DNA of 57,809 bases, from assembly GCA_964421005.1 (NCBI GenBank), contig CAYQUV010000001.1, positions 1-57,809 on the forward strand, given 5' to 3'. The notes under the pieces are model-generated. The model was given only the letters and a program-made list of their open reading frames with translations. It was not told where the DNA came from and searched no databases. This document shows, one piece after another, positions 1-8,431 of the stretch. Origin of the DNA: an uncultured Candidatus Saccharibacteria bacterium (GTDB lineage Bacteria; Patescibacteriota; Minisyncoccia; Minisyncoccales; CG1-02-41-26). A program made the translations under genes and the position numbers. Numbering within the stretch: position 1 is the first letter of the stretch; each line of letters starts with the position of its first letter.

Positions 1-1
1 T

Positions 2-610
2 TATGATGTTTGTGCCGACCCTATCAATAGTGAATATCTTCATATAAGAAACAAAGCAGCTGATGCTTATAAGGGATTGGCAGCCAGCAAGCTCTATATT
101 GCTAACTCTAATACCTATATTACCAGTTCGGGCGCTTCTCTTTTTATACAAGATAGTGTAGTTATCGGTGGCAACCTCCTTCCCAGTGGTAGTACATATA
201 ATCTAGGTTCCGCTACATACAAGTGGAATAAATTAACCGTCAATACCATTGACCCTGTTTACGAAATTGATGGAAAGAAATACAGTACTTATGTTGCAGA
301 TTTTGCTGGAGGAGTAAGAACGGAGACCAGCGGAATTGTCCGATTAAATTCTGAGGGTAAATATATAATTGATTTCAATGATTTAGAGAAAGGAAGTGAT
401 TTGTGGCTCTTTTGGGAAACCTCAAACAAAAAAATGAGTGATTTGGTTGTTCTTTTGACTCCCGGTTTTGGTGGCAAGACCTGGTATCAAAAAGACGGAG
501 AAAAACTGATTATTCAGGGAGAAAAATCAGGTGAAGTCTCTTATAGATTAACCCTTCCTCGTATTGATGCTGAAGATTGGACAAATTTAGTAAATCCTGA
601 TAGTGATTAA
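2..610 (+). CDS. C-terminal part of a larger secreted/surface protein. The frame is open to the left window edge, so the listed M at 77 is not the true start.
   Basis: The frame of ORF 77..610 has no stop back to nt 2. The sequence is Ser/Thr/Asn/Gly-rich and beta-type (LYIANSNTYITSSGASLFIQDSVVIGGNLLPSGSTYNLGSATYKWNKL), resembling tail-fibre or adhesin tips. No catalytic motif seen. Confidence 0.55.
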   Translation, partial: YDVCADPINSEYLHIRNKAADAYKGLAASKLYIANSNTYITSSGASLFIQDSVVIGGNLLPSGSTYNLGSATYKWNKLTVNTIDPVYEIDGKKYSTYVADFAGGVRTETSGIVRLNSEGKYIIDFNDLEKGSDLWLFWETSNKKMSDLVVLLTPGFGGKTWYQKDGEKLIIQGEKSGEVSYRLTLPRIDAEDWTNLVNPDSD

Positions 611-643
611 AAGCTAAAAGTCATTATTAAAAACTGATTATCA

Positions 644-1144
644 ATGTCTAAACAAAAAATTATTTTATTTCCCATAATCGCAATAACTTTTATTGGAATA
701 GTAATTTTGGCTATTTCAATTCTCCTCAAAGCCGAACGACCTCCCGAAGGAGAAATTTGGGAAGAAACTCCCGTCAGAGGCCTGCCGGTTGAGCCGGTCA
801 ATTGGCAAAATCCCGATAAACCGATGTCATCACCTCCTTTAGAGGAAGCTGAAATTCCAGAAGAAGCAATTAGGATAGAGATAAGCGCAGAAGGTTTTGA
901 ACCGTCAACTTTTGAAGTTAATGAAGAAGAAAAAGTAATTCTTATTGTGACCAGTCAGGACAAATGGACTCATATTTTTAAGTTTGAAGACGAAATTTTA
1001 TCTAAGGTCGCAGTTGGAGTAGGTCCCGGTGAAACAAGAGCAATTACTTTTTACGCTCCTTCAGAAATCGGAGAATATGAGTTTTTCTGTGATATCCCCG
1101 GGCATAAAGGTCGGGGTGAGAAAGGAAAAATGATTGTAAAATAA
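644..1144 (+). CDS. Membrane-anchored single-domain cupredoxin (blue-copper-like protein)
   Basis: N-terminal TM helix (IILFPIIAITFIGIVILAISILL). The C-terminal motif YEFFCDIPGHKGRGEKGKMIV plus upstream WTHIF gives a His...Cys-x4-His...Met type-1 copper ligand pattern. Confidence 0.7.
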   Translation: MSKQKIILFPIIAITFIGIVILAISILLKAERPPEGEIWEETPVRGLPVEPVNWQNPDKPMSSPPLEEAEIPEEAIRIEISAEGFEPSTFEVNEEEKVILIVTSQDKWTHIFKFEDEILSKVAVGVGPGETRAITFYAPSEIGEYEFFCDIPGHKGRGEKGKMIVK

Positions 1145-1156
1145 ATTTCAGAGAAT

Positions 1157-1744
1157 ATGTCTAAAAAAACAATTATTCTTAGTGTCGGTATTCTGAGTAT
1201 AATGGCAACTTACTTTCTTGTCCAACAGGTTTTCGGGGTAACTTTGGGCGGCAACATAAACATGAACGGTTACAGGATAACTAATCTCGGCGCTCCCTCT
1301 CTGGATTCCGATGCTGTCACCCTCTCTACCGTTAAATCTATCGCCGCAGAAAATGTCATATGCAATGGCTGTGTCGATTCCACCGATATAAACACTAATA
1401 CCAGGCTGTCGGGCACCCATGCTTACCAAAAAAGCGGAACAATAGCTAACGGGTTAGTTTACTGTAGTGAGATTTATTTCTATACAAGTTATTTTCGCTG
1501 CGAAAACCCCAAGGTCAGATATTGGTATAACGGTGCTGAAAGGAATCGGAATATTGCAGCTTTCACCGAAAGCTTAAGGAATATTTGTTTTGCCCTCCAT
1601 GGACACTATTATACTCACTCCAGTGCCAGCCGAACCCAACAGTACTACGCATTTTTCCAGACCTATGGTGATGATTATTATAGATGGCAGGATTACAGTA
1701 ATCCGAATTACTATGTCACCAGAATCTATTGTTATTACGAATAG
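1157..1744 (+). CDS. Secreted/anchored hypothetical protein with a tail-fibre-like N-terminal motif and a Tyr/Cys-rich C-terminus
   Basis: Signal/TM segment (IILSVGILSIMATYFLV). The motif LGGNINMNGYRITNLGAPSLDSDAVTLSTV resembles the L-x-M-N-G-x-x-I-x-N-L-x-x-P-x-x-x-x-D-A-x-T motif of phage tail-fibre-type proteins. The C-terminus is extremely Tyr-rich (QQYYAFFQTYGDDYYRWQDYSNPNYYVTRIYCYYE). Confidence 0.5.
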   Translation: MSKKTIILSVGILSIMATYFLVQQVFGVTLGGNINMNGYRITNLGAPSLDSDAVTLSTVKSIAAENVICNGCVDSTDINTNTRLSGTHAYQKSGTIANGLVYCSEIYFYTSYFRCENPKVRYWYNGAERNRNIAAFTESLRNICFALHGHYYTHSSASRTQQYYAFFQTYGDDYYRWQDYSNPNYYVTRIYCYYE

Positions 1745-1791
1745 CAGATGACTAACCGGTTTTCTTCTGCTGAGAGTTTATTGAGGTTTTT

Positions 1792-3102
1792 ATGAAAAGA
1801 AGTTTATCAACAATATTTTTGGCCTCTTTAATAACCTTAAGTATAACTTTTGGATTCTTTTTGGTCTATCAAGAAGAACCAAAAGAAGTTAGGGCCGGAA
1901 CCGATGAAAATGTTTCTGGCTGGGCCTGGTCAGAAAATATCGGCTGGGTTAGTTTTAACAATACAAGCGGCGGAGGAACAATTGATTACGGAGTAAATAT
2001 CGACTCTGACGGTGTTTTTTCCGGCTATGCTTGGTCAGAGAATATCGGCTGGATAAGTTTCAATACTGCCGACCTTTCCGGCTGTCCTTCGGGAGTCTGC
2101 CGGGCAGAAATAAATTTGGAAACCGGTGAAGTATCCGGCTGGGCAAGAATTTTAAACTTAACCGATGGATGGATACACTTGAAAGGCTCAAATTACGGCG
2201 TATCGGTTGACATAAATCCTTCCAGTCCAACTTACCAAGAGTTTTCTGGCTGGGCTTGGGGAGATACGGCTATCGGCTGGCTCAGTTTCAACTGCGAAAA
2301 CTGCGAAGGTGGAGCTTGTGACAGTTACCCGGACTGCGGAGACCCGACTCATCCTGATTATAAAGTGAAAACTTCTTTCAGTTTTAACCGAGCCCCAACC
2401 GCCCACACTCTTTCAGTTGACCAGGGAAATTATTGTACCGCTCCTTTACATCCGACTTTCTCCTGGACTTTTTCCGACCCGGATGATGATAACCAAGGGG
2501 CTTATCAAATCCAGGTAGATAACAACTTTGGCTTCACTTCACCCGAAATAGATTCAGGCAAGGTTTATTCTGCCTCAAATAGTTATTCCCCTTCAAATCC
2601 TCTATCTTACAACACAACTTATTACTGGAGATTAAAAGTTTGGGATGAGAGAGAAATGGAATCTGATGATTGGATTTATCCCCCTTCTCCCGAAGGCAAT
2701 CCTACCCTTCCTCCAGGAGATTCATTCACCACCCCAGATCATGCCTATCCTGACCCTGATTTCACCTGGTCACCTGCTTCTCCATCAGTAGAAGAGTTTG
2801 TTCAGTTTTGCGCCATTGAAGAATCAGGTGTTTGCTCCGAAGATCCAAGCACCTGTTATGATATAAGCGGAGAAATTCCTTCTCCTTCCTGCACTACAAC
2901 AGATTTTCTCTGGATCTTTCCTCCCGGAACCGAATTTGCTAGCGGAAGTTCGGCTACCGTACCAAATCCTGAAGTAAGATTTACCACAACCGGCGACAAA
3001 AATGTTTATCTCAATATCACCGACGATGTAGGTTCCTGTACCAGAACCCGGATTATCGGGGTAAGTTATCCTCTTCCAAAATGGAAAGAAATAGAACCAT
3101 AG
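1792..3102 (+). CDS. Secreted multi-domain surface protein: four Trp-rich SGWAWSENIGWISFN-type repeats, then an FN3-like and a PKD-like module
   Basis: N-terminal TM/signal. Four ~35-38 aa repeats. The segment PTFSWTFSDPDDDNQGAYQIQV...SGKVYS...YNTTYYWRLKVWD matches the FN3-like module seen at the N-terminus of bacterial alpha-L-rhamnosidase-type proteins. The C-terminal PDFTWSP...VRFTTTGDKNVYLNITDDVG looks PKD-like. Confidence 0.65.
   Translation: MKRSLSTIFLASLITLSITFGFFLVYQEEPKEVRAGTDENVSGWAWSENIGWVSFNNTSGGGTIDYGVNIDSDGVFSGYAWSENIGWISFNTADLSGCPSGVCRAEINLETGEVSGWARILNLTDGWIHLKGSNYGVSVDINPSSPTYQEFSGWAWGDTAIGWLSFNCENCEGGACDSYPDCGDPTHPDYKVKTSFSFNRAPTAHTLSVDQGNYCTAPLHPTFSWTFSDPDDDNQGAYQIQVDNNFGFTSPEIDSGKVYSASNSYSPSNPLSYNTTYYWRLKVWDEREMESDDWIYPPSPEGNPTLPPGDSFTTPDHAYPDPDFTWSPASPSVEEFVQFCAIEESGVCSEDPSTCYDISGEIPSPSCTTTDFLWIFPPGTEFASGSSATVPNPEVRFTTTGDKNVYLNITDDVGSCTRTRIIGVSYPLPKWKEIEP
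1915..2292 (+). repeat. Four in-frame Trp-rich repeats (consensus S-G-[WY]-A-W-S-E-N-I-G-W-[IVL]-S-F-N) inside the 1792..3102 CDS
   Basis: Repeat starts at residues S42, S77, S115 and S152: SGWAWSENIGWVSFN / SGYAWSENIGWISFN / SGWARILNLTDGWIHLK / SGWAWGDTAIGWLSFN. Confidence 0.85.
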
Positions 3103-3187
3103 AACCATTCAACAAATACTTTTCAACGGTCACTTTTCGAGATTAAAAGGTGCCCGATATTTTTGTTTAGATTTACTTCTCTTTTAT

Positions 3188-3216
3188 AATTCCCTTTACA
3201 AGGGAGTTCTTTTTTG
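3188..3216 (+). terminator. Rho-independent terminator after the surface-protein genes
   Basis: Hairpin aattccct-ttaca-agggagtt followed by cttttttg. Confidence 0.6.
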
Positions 3217-3352
3217 TTAAACTAAAGTATAGAAAATAACCAATGAAATTTGGTGTCTAATTTTAGAAGCAAACATTAAGAAAATTCTACGGCTTCTATT
3301 AATTAAAGAATATGCTTCTATATTATGATTAACCAAATTTTCAGTTTAAAAT

Positions 3353-4882
3353 ATGAATCAACTAATCCTACTCGGTGTAGGCATTATTGCGTTAATTTTA
3401 GGATCAATTTTAGGATACTATGCCAGACAATCAATTGCTAGAAAACAGAAAGGAACAATAGAAGCTAAACTCCAAAAGAAATCTCAGCAAGCCAAAAAAG
3501 AGGCTGAAGAGATCATTTCCCAGGCTCAGGAAAAAGCAAATAAAATCTTATCCAAATCACAGGAAGAAACCGACGAAAGAAGAAAAGAGCTTCTAAAAAC
3601 AGAAAGATTGCTTTTCAGAAGAGAACATATCTTGGAGAAAAAAATTTCTAATTTTGAAGAAAAAGAAAGGGAATTTGAAGAAAAGTTAAAAAAACTAAAG
3701 GAAATAAAAGAAAGATTGGAAAGAGCAAAAGGTGAGATTGAAAAGAATTTAGAAAAGGTTTCCGGTCTTTCCAAAAGAGAGGCAAAAGAGGAACTTTTTA
3801 AAGAAGTTGAAAAAGAACATCAGAGAGAATTGTTCGAGCAAATGAAAAAATTGAAACAAGAAGGAAAAGAGGCCCTGAATAAAAAAGCTCAGGAAATTTT
3901 AGCCTTAGCCATCCAGAAATATGCCCTTCCCCAGGCTCAAGAACTGACAACAACCACTGTTTCTTTACCTTCAGATGAAATTAAAGGAAGAATTATCGGA
4001 AAAGAAGGAAGAAATATTAAAGCTTTCGAAAAATTAACCGGGGTTGAAGTAGTAGTTGATGACACACCGGAAGCAGTAATTATTTCGGCTTTCAATCCTA
4101 TACGGCGGCAAATTGCCAAAGTTGCTCTCGAAAAATTAATTCAGGACGGAAGAATACAGCCTGCCAGAATTGAAGAAACAATAGAAAAAGCAAAAGAAGA
4201 GGTCGAAAACCAAATAGAAGAATTTGGGAAAAATGCCCTTTATGAAACAGGTATAGTTGACTTGCCGTCGAAAATAGTAAAACTCTTGGGAAGATTGTAT
4301 TTTAGAACAAGTTACGGCCAGAACGTCCTCTTACACTCAATTGAAGTATCCCACCTGGCTGCCGTCTTGGCCGAAGAATTGGGAGCAGATGTAAAAACTG
4401 CCAAAAAAGCCGGCCTTTTACATGACATCGGCAAAGCGGTAGATAGGGAAATAGAAGGCTCTCACGTTGATATTGGGATTAAAATTTTAGAGAAATTCGA
4501 GCAGCCTCAGGAAATAATCGACGCCATGAAAGCTCATCATGAAGAATATGAAGCAGAAAGTTTGGAAGCAATTTTGGTTAAAGTGGCTGACCAGATATCA
4601 GGAGCAAGACCGGGAGCCAGAAAAGACACGGTTGAAAATTATCTCAAGAGATTGGAGGAACTGGAAAAAATCGCTTTATCTTTTGAGGGAGTGGAAAAAG
4701 CGTATGCTATTCAGGCTGGAAGAGAAGTCAGAATCTTTGTTCATCCGGAAGAAGTGGGGGACCTGGAAGCTTACAAACTGGCTAAAGATATAGCCGGCAG
4801 AATACAGCAAGAAGTTAATTATCCCGGGGAAATAAAAGTTAACGTCATAAGAGAAACAAGAGTAATAGAATACGCCAGATAA
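3353..4882 (+). CDS. rny: Ribonuclease Y
   Basis: N-terminal TM helix, long Lys/Glu coiled coil, KH domain (GRIIGKEGRNIKAFEKLTGVEV) and HD domain (LLHDIGKAVD...HHEE). This is the canonical RNase Y architecture. Confidence 0.95.
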   Translation: MNQLILLGVGIIALILGSILGYYARQSIARKQKGTIEAKLQKKSQQAKKEAEEIISQAQEKANKILSKSQEETDERRKELLKTERLLFRREHILEKKISNFEEKEREFEEKLKKLKEIKERLERAKGEIEKNLEKVSGLSKREAKEELFKEVEKEHQRELFEQMKKLKQEGKEALNKKAQEILALAIQKYALPQAQELTTTTVSLPSDEIKGRIIGKEGRNIKAFEKLTGVEVVVDDTPEAVIISAFNPIRRQIAKVALEKLIQDGRIQPARIEETIEKAKEEVENQIEEFGKNALYETGIVDLPSKIVKLLGRLYFRTSYGQNVLLHSIEVSHLAAVLAEELGADVKTAKKAGLLHDIGKAVDREIEGSHVDIGIKILEKFEQPQEIIDAMKAHHEEYEAESLEAILVKVADQISGARPGARKDTVENYLKRLEELEKIALSFEGVEKAYAIQAGREVRIFVHPEEVGDLEAYKLAKDIAGRIQQEVNYPGEIKVNVIRETRVIEYAR

Positions 4883-4983
4883 TTTTTCTCTAAAAAATCC
4901 GGTTATTGTTGCTCTTGCCATCTCGGACATTACATTTGCCCACCGTATTCATTGCCGCTGTATTATATATATGGCTATATTGC

Positions 4984-5011
4984 TTGGTATTTACGCCAAA
5001 AGTGGTATAAT
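4984..5011 (+). promoter_or_regulatory. Putative sigma-70 promoter for hup (TTGGTA, 16 nt spacer, extended -10 TGgTATAAT)
   Basis: The sequence ttggtatttacgccaaaagtggtataat lies about 55 nt upstream of the hup ATG. Confidence 0.4.
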
Positions 5012-5066
5012 GAGATATAGAAAAATAAAAAAGGTCGATAAGATTTTAAATTAAACTAACAAAAAA

Positions 5067-5348
5067 ATGGCAAAAGTAACAAAAGAAGATTTAGTCGAAG
5101 CACTGGCAAAAGCTGCTGATTGCTCAAAAAAATGTGCTGGCGATTGTTTAAATACTCTTTTAGAAGAGATTGAAAAAGGGCTTAAAGCAGGAAAGGATGT
5201 TGTTTTGACAGGCTTCGGTACTTTCACCGTCAGCAAAAGAAAAGCTAGAACCGGAAGAAACCCTCAAACCGGAGCTACCATTAAAATTCCAGCTAAGAAA
5301 GTAGCAAGATTTAAAGCCGGTAAATCTCTAAAAGACGCTATAAAATAA
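5067..5348 (+). CDS. hup: HU-family DNA-binding protein
   Basis: 93 aa with GFGTFTVSKRKARTGRNPQTGATIKIPAKKVARFKAGKSLKDA, the typical HU/IHF beta-arm signature. Confidence 0.95.
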   Translation: MAKVTKEDLVEALAKAADCSKKCAGDCLNTLLEEIEKGLKAGKDVVLTGFGTFTVSKRKARTGRNPQTGATIKIPAKKVARFKAGKSLKDAIK

Positions 5349-5381
5349 AGCACATAAAGCAGTAATAAATCTTATAAGAAT

Positions 5382-5413
5382 CCAAAAGTTCCGCTAATAA
5401 GCGGAGCTTTTGG
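5382..5413 (+). terminator. hup terminator hairpin
   Basis: ccaaaagttccgc-taataa-gcggagcttttgg, a 13-bp stem with one G-U pair. Confidence 0.6.
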
Positions 5414-5560
5414 TTAAGAACAATCAAATTTTTTGAAGTTGTTTTCCTATAAAGCGCAAGCGAACATCAGCAAATATCAGTGGATGCCACCAGTAGACAT
5501 CAGCAAATGAATTGGCTGTTTTTTTTCATCTCACCCTTTTATCTCCCTTAGTAATATTTC

Positions 5561-7036
5561 TTATTTCTTTTCAATAATATTTCTTAATTCCTTTATTTTT
5601 TCTTTCATTAAATGTTCGGAGTCAGATTCTACTACTATTCTCAAAAGGTCCTCGGTATTTGAAGGGCGAGCATTAAACCACCAATTTGGAAAATTGATTC
5701 TTAAACCATCTAAATGGGAAATAACTTTTTTCTCGGCAATACCCGGAATTAATTTAAGTTTGGCTTTATATATCCTTTCGAGCTCTTCCAATTTCTTCTT
5801 CTTGTTTTGAACCTCCAAATTTATCTGGCCAGAATTGAAATATTTTTTATATTTCACCAGTATTTTTGAAATTGGTTTTCCAGAAAGAGATATTTCTTCC
5901 AAGATTTTCAGCAAGATAAAAAGAGGCGCTTCGCAAAAATGATGATTTCTCAAAAAATAATGACCAGAATACTCCCCGGCAAAAATTGCTCCTGTCTTTT
6001 GCATTTTTTCTTTAACAAAAGTATGACCAACTTTCCAGGCAATAGCTTCTCCACCGTTCTTTTCAACCACTTCTTTGATTATATTACTTGAACAAATATT
6101 ATAGACAATTTTTTTCTTTCTATTCTTTTTGTTGCTGGCTTTCAAAACTGGGCTATCGGATTTTTTAAAAGCGTTTTTCTCTTTTTTTAAAAGTATTTCC
6201 GAAATCAGACAGGTTATAAAATCGGGCGGAATAGTTTCCCCTTTTTCATCAATAAAAACAATTCTATCTCCGTCTCCATCAAAAGCTACACCAAGAGAAG
6301 CTTTTTTCTTTCTAACAAAATTCTTCAAGTCTTTTATGTTTTTTTCTTCTAAAGGATTTGGCAAATGATTGGGAAAATCTCCCGAAAGTTCCGGAAAAAG
6401 ATGATAAATTTTAAAAGGGAGATATTTTTCAAGCTCTTTTATCCAAACCCCAGGAACAGCATTGCCGGTATCAATAACTATCTTTAAATCTCTGAGTTTT
6501 TTAAGATTTATATCCTGAAAATTAAATTCTAAATACTCTTTTAAAATACTTTTCTTTCTCAATTTCCCCCAACCGGAGATTCTCTTTTTCGAAACCCCTG
6601 AGGCAATCTTAAAGGCTATTTTTTTGATTTCTTCCAGGCCACTATTTATACCGAGCATCTTTGCGCCTTTGCCAACTATTTTTAGGCCGTTATATTCCGG
6701 AGGATTATGAGAAGCTGTAATTTCGGCTCCTCCATCAAAACCAGAACTCCAAACAGCGAAATAAAACATTGGCGTTGGAGCTAAACCTATATCAATCACA
6801 TCTTGACCTTCCTTTAAAATCCCTTTTTTAAAAGCCGAAAAAAGAGGTTTTGAAGAACTTCTTGTATCCCTGCCAATAACAATTTTCAGCTTGCCGGGCA
6901 AACGCTTTTTTGATTTATTTATTAAAAATCTAACCAGAGCTCTCCCTATAATTTCAGCAGAATCTTCATTGATTTCTGTTGGGTAGATTCCTCTAATATC
7001 GTAAGCTTTAAAAATTTTGGGATTAATCTCTGACAT
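5561..7036 (-). CDS. Phosphomannomutase/phosphoglucomutase family protein with a Lys-rich insertion
   Basis: Active-site loop TASHNPPEYNGLK, metal loop FDGDGDR and sugar loop GEYSGH. There is an extra basic segment KKSDSPVLKASNKKNRKKK. Confidence 0.9.
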   Translation of the reverse strand: MSEINPKIFKAYDIRGIYPTEINEDSAEIIGRALVRFLINKSKKRLPGKLKIVIGRDTRSSSKPLFSAFKKGILKEGQDVIDIGLAPTPMFYFAVWSSGFDGGAEITASHNPPEYNGLKIVGKGAKMLGINSGLEEIKKIAFKIASGVSKKRISGWGKLRKKSILKEYLEFNFQDINLKKLRDLKIVIDTGNAVPGVWIKELEKYLPFKIYHLFPELSGDFPNHLPNPLEEKNIKDLKNFVRKKKASLGVAFDGDGDRIVFIDEKGETIPPDFITCLISEILLKKEKNAFKKSDSPVLKASNKKNRKKKIVYNICSSNIIKEVVEKNGGEAIAWKVGHTFVKEKMQKTGAIFAGEYSGHYFLRNHHFCEAPLFILLKILEEISLSGKPISKILVKYKKYFNSGQINLEVQNKKKKLEELERIYKAKLKLIPGIAEKKVISHLDGLRINFPNWWFNARPSNTEDLLRIVVESDSEHLMKEKIKELRNIIEKK

Positions 7037-7084
7037 AGAAATAAAAACATATCCAATAATTTATAGTTAATTTTAGCAAAGAAA

Positions 7085-7112
7085 TTGACATTTTAAAAGA
7101 TATTGTTAAAAT
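7085..7112 (+). promoter_or_regulatory. Putative sigma-70 promoter of the rpsF-ssb-rpsR operon (TTGACA, 16 nt spacer, TAAAAT)
   Basis: The sequence reads ttgacattttaaaagatattgttaaaat. It overlaps the listed alternative start at 7103, which argues for ATG 7121 as the real start. Confidence 0.5.
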
Positions 7113-7120
7113 GTATTTAT

Positions 7121-7582
7121 ATGACATCAGAATCAACAGAAGACAAAAAAATCTATCAATTGAATTTTTTAATTTCTCCTCAGTTGGATTCATCTCAAAG
7201 TGAAGATTTTTTGAATGAGATTAAATCTTTAGTTTCAAGATTCGGAGAAGTTTTAAATGAAGAGTTGCCAAAAAGAATTAGATTAAGTTATCCTATTAAT
7301 AAGAAAAAAGAAGCATTTTTTTGTTTTGTTGAATTTCAAGGGAAACCCGAACAGATTGATGAATTAAAAAAAGAGCTTGAAAAAGAAAAGAATATCCTTC
7401 GGTATTTATTAACAATAAAAAAAGATGGTATCAAGAAAAAAAGCAAGGAGGCAAGAAGAATCAAAAAGAAACCTGCCTTCTCTCAAAGCGAGATTAAAGA
7501 AAAAGAAGAAGAAACTGACAAAGAGAAAAAAGTCGAGCTTAAAGAAATTGAAAAGAAATTAGGCAAAATTCTCGATAAATAA
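7121..7582 (+). CDS. rpsF: 30S ribosomal protein S6 with a Lys/Glu-rich C-terminal extension
   Basis: First position of the conserved S6-SSB-S18 gene order. S6-like N-terminal core (YQLNFLISP...). Start trimmed to ATG 7121 because 7103 lies inside the predicted promoter. Confidence 0.8.
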   Translation: MTSESTEDKKIYQLNFLISPQLDSSQSEDFLNEIKSLVSRFGEVLNEELPKRIRLSYPINKKKEAFFCFVEFQGKPEQIDELKKELEKEKNILRYLLTIKKDGIKKKSKEARRIKKKPAFSQSEIKEKEEETDKEKKVELKEIEKKLGKILDK

Positions 7583-7593
7583 ATTAATATTTT

Positions 7594-8106
7594 ATGAATT
7601 TGAATAAAGTATTTATTTTAGGAAATTTAACCCGCGATCCAGAAAAAAGAAATCTGCCTTCGGGTCAGCCTGTTGTTTCTTTCGGAGTTGCTACCAATCG
7701 TTTCTTTACCAACCAGCAAGGCGAAAGGCAACAGGATACAGAGTTCCACAATATAACTGCCTTTGGTAAATTGGCAGATATTGCTTCTCAATATTTAAGA
7801 AAGGGTTCTATGGTCTTAATTGAAGGCCGGTTAAGAACCAGGTCCTGGCAGGATTCTTCGGGAGAAAAACGTTTCAAAACCGAAATCATTGCCGATGCCC
7901 TTCAACTCGGCCCGAAGGGACAGGAACAAACCGAGTTTAGAGAAAAACCAAGAGATAATAAAAAAAGTGAAGAAAAAATAGAAGAGGACGATATTCCTGT
8001 AATCGAAGAAGAATCCTCTTCTGTTCCGGCAAAAGAATCAGAAGAAAATGCGGAAGAAGAAGATGAAAAGGAAGAAGAAATAGACGTAAAAGATATTCCT
8101 TTTTAA
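7594..8106 (+). CDS. ssb: Single-stranded DNA-binding protein
   Basis: OB fold (NKVFILGNLTRDPE...FHNITAFGKLAD...LIEGRLRTRSW), acidic tail ending in the canonical tip DIPF. Confidence 0.95.
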   Translation: MNLNKVFILGNLTRDPEKRNLPSGQPVVSFGVATNRFFTNQQGERQQDTEFHNITAFGKLADIASQYLRKGSMVLIEGRLRTRSWQDSSGEKRFKTEIIADALQLGPKGQEQTEFREKPRDNKKSEEKIEEDDIPVIEEESSSVPAKESEENAEEEDEKEEEIDVKDIPF

Positions 8107-8107
8107 A

Positions 8108-8209
8108 AATTATGCATTGTTATTTTTGTCAGAGAAATATGCCTTCCGCTAAAGCTACAGGATATTTCTCTTAATGAATTATGCATTGTTATTTTTGTCA
8201 GAGAAATAT
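8108..8209 (+). promoter_or_regulatory. Exact 33-bp direct duplication of the rpsR start region, with a 20-codon upstream ORF and alternative hairpins
   Basis: aattatgcattgttatttttgtcagagaaatat occurs at 8108-8140 and 8177-8209. uORF 8112-8174 encodes MHCYFCQRNMPSAKATGYFS. The segment atatttctct (8162-8171) is complementary to agagaaatat at both 8131-8140 and 8200-8209. Confidence 0.6.
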
Positions 8210-8378
8210 AAAAGAGATTGATTTCAAAGATACCAAGACGCTGGAACAGTTTATTTCGGCTTCTGGAAAAATAAAACCCAGAAAAAAAACCGGGCTCTGT
8301 TCCTTTCATCAGAGAAGACTTTCACAAGCAATAAAAAGAGCCCGTTTTCTGGCTCTTTTACCATATGTCAGAGAGTAA
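8181..8378 (+). CDS. rpsR: 30S ribosomal protein S18
   Basis: 65 aa following ssb. S18-like motifs IDFKDTKTLEQFIS..GKIKPRKKTGLC..HQRRLSQAIKRARFLALLPY. Confidence 0.9.
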   Translation: MHCYFCQRNIKEIDFKDTKTLEQFISASGKIKPRKKTGLCSFHQRRLSQAIKRARFLALLPYVRE

Positions 8379-8431
8379 GAATTAACAATGACAGAGAATA
8401 ACAGAACTGAAGAACAACAAAAATTCAACAA

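Noticed and set aside
5464-5510. Direct repeat acatcagcaaat (two copies, about 34 nt apart) followed by a T-run, between hup and the PMM gene.
   Set aside because: The repeat is short in an AT-rich spacer, and the associated stem (cagc...gctg) is only 4 bp. That is not enough to call an sRNA or terminator.
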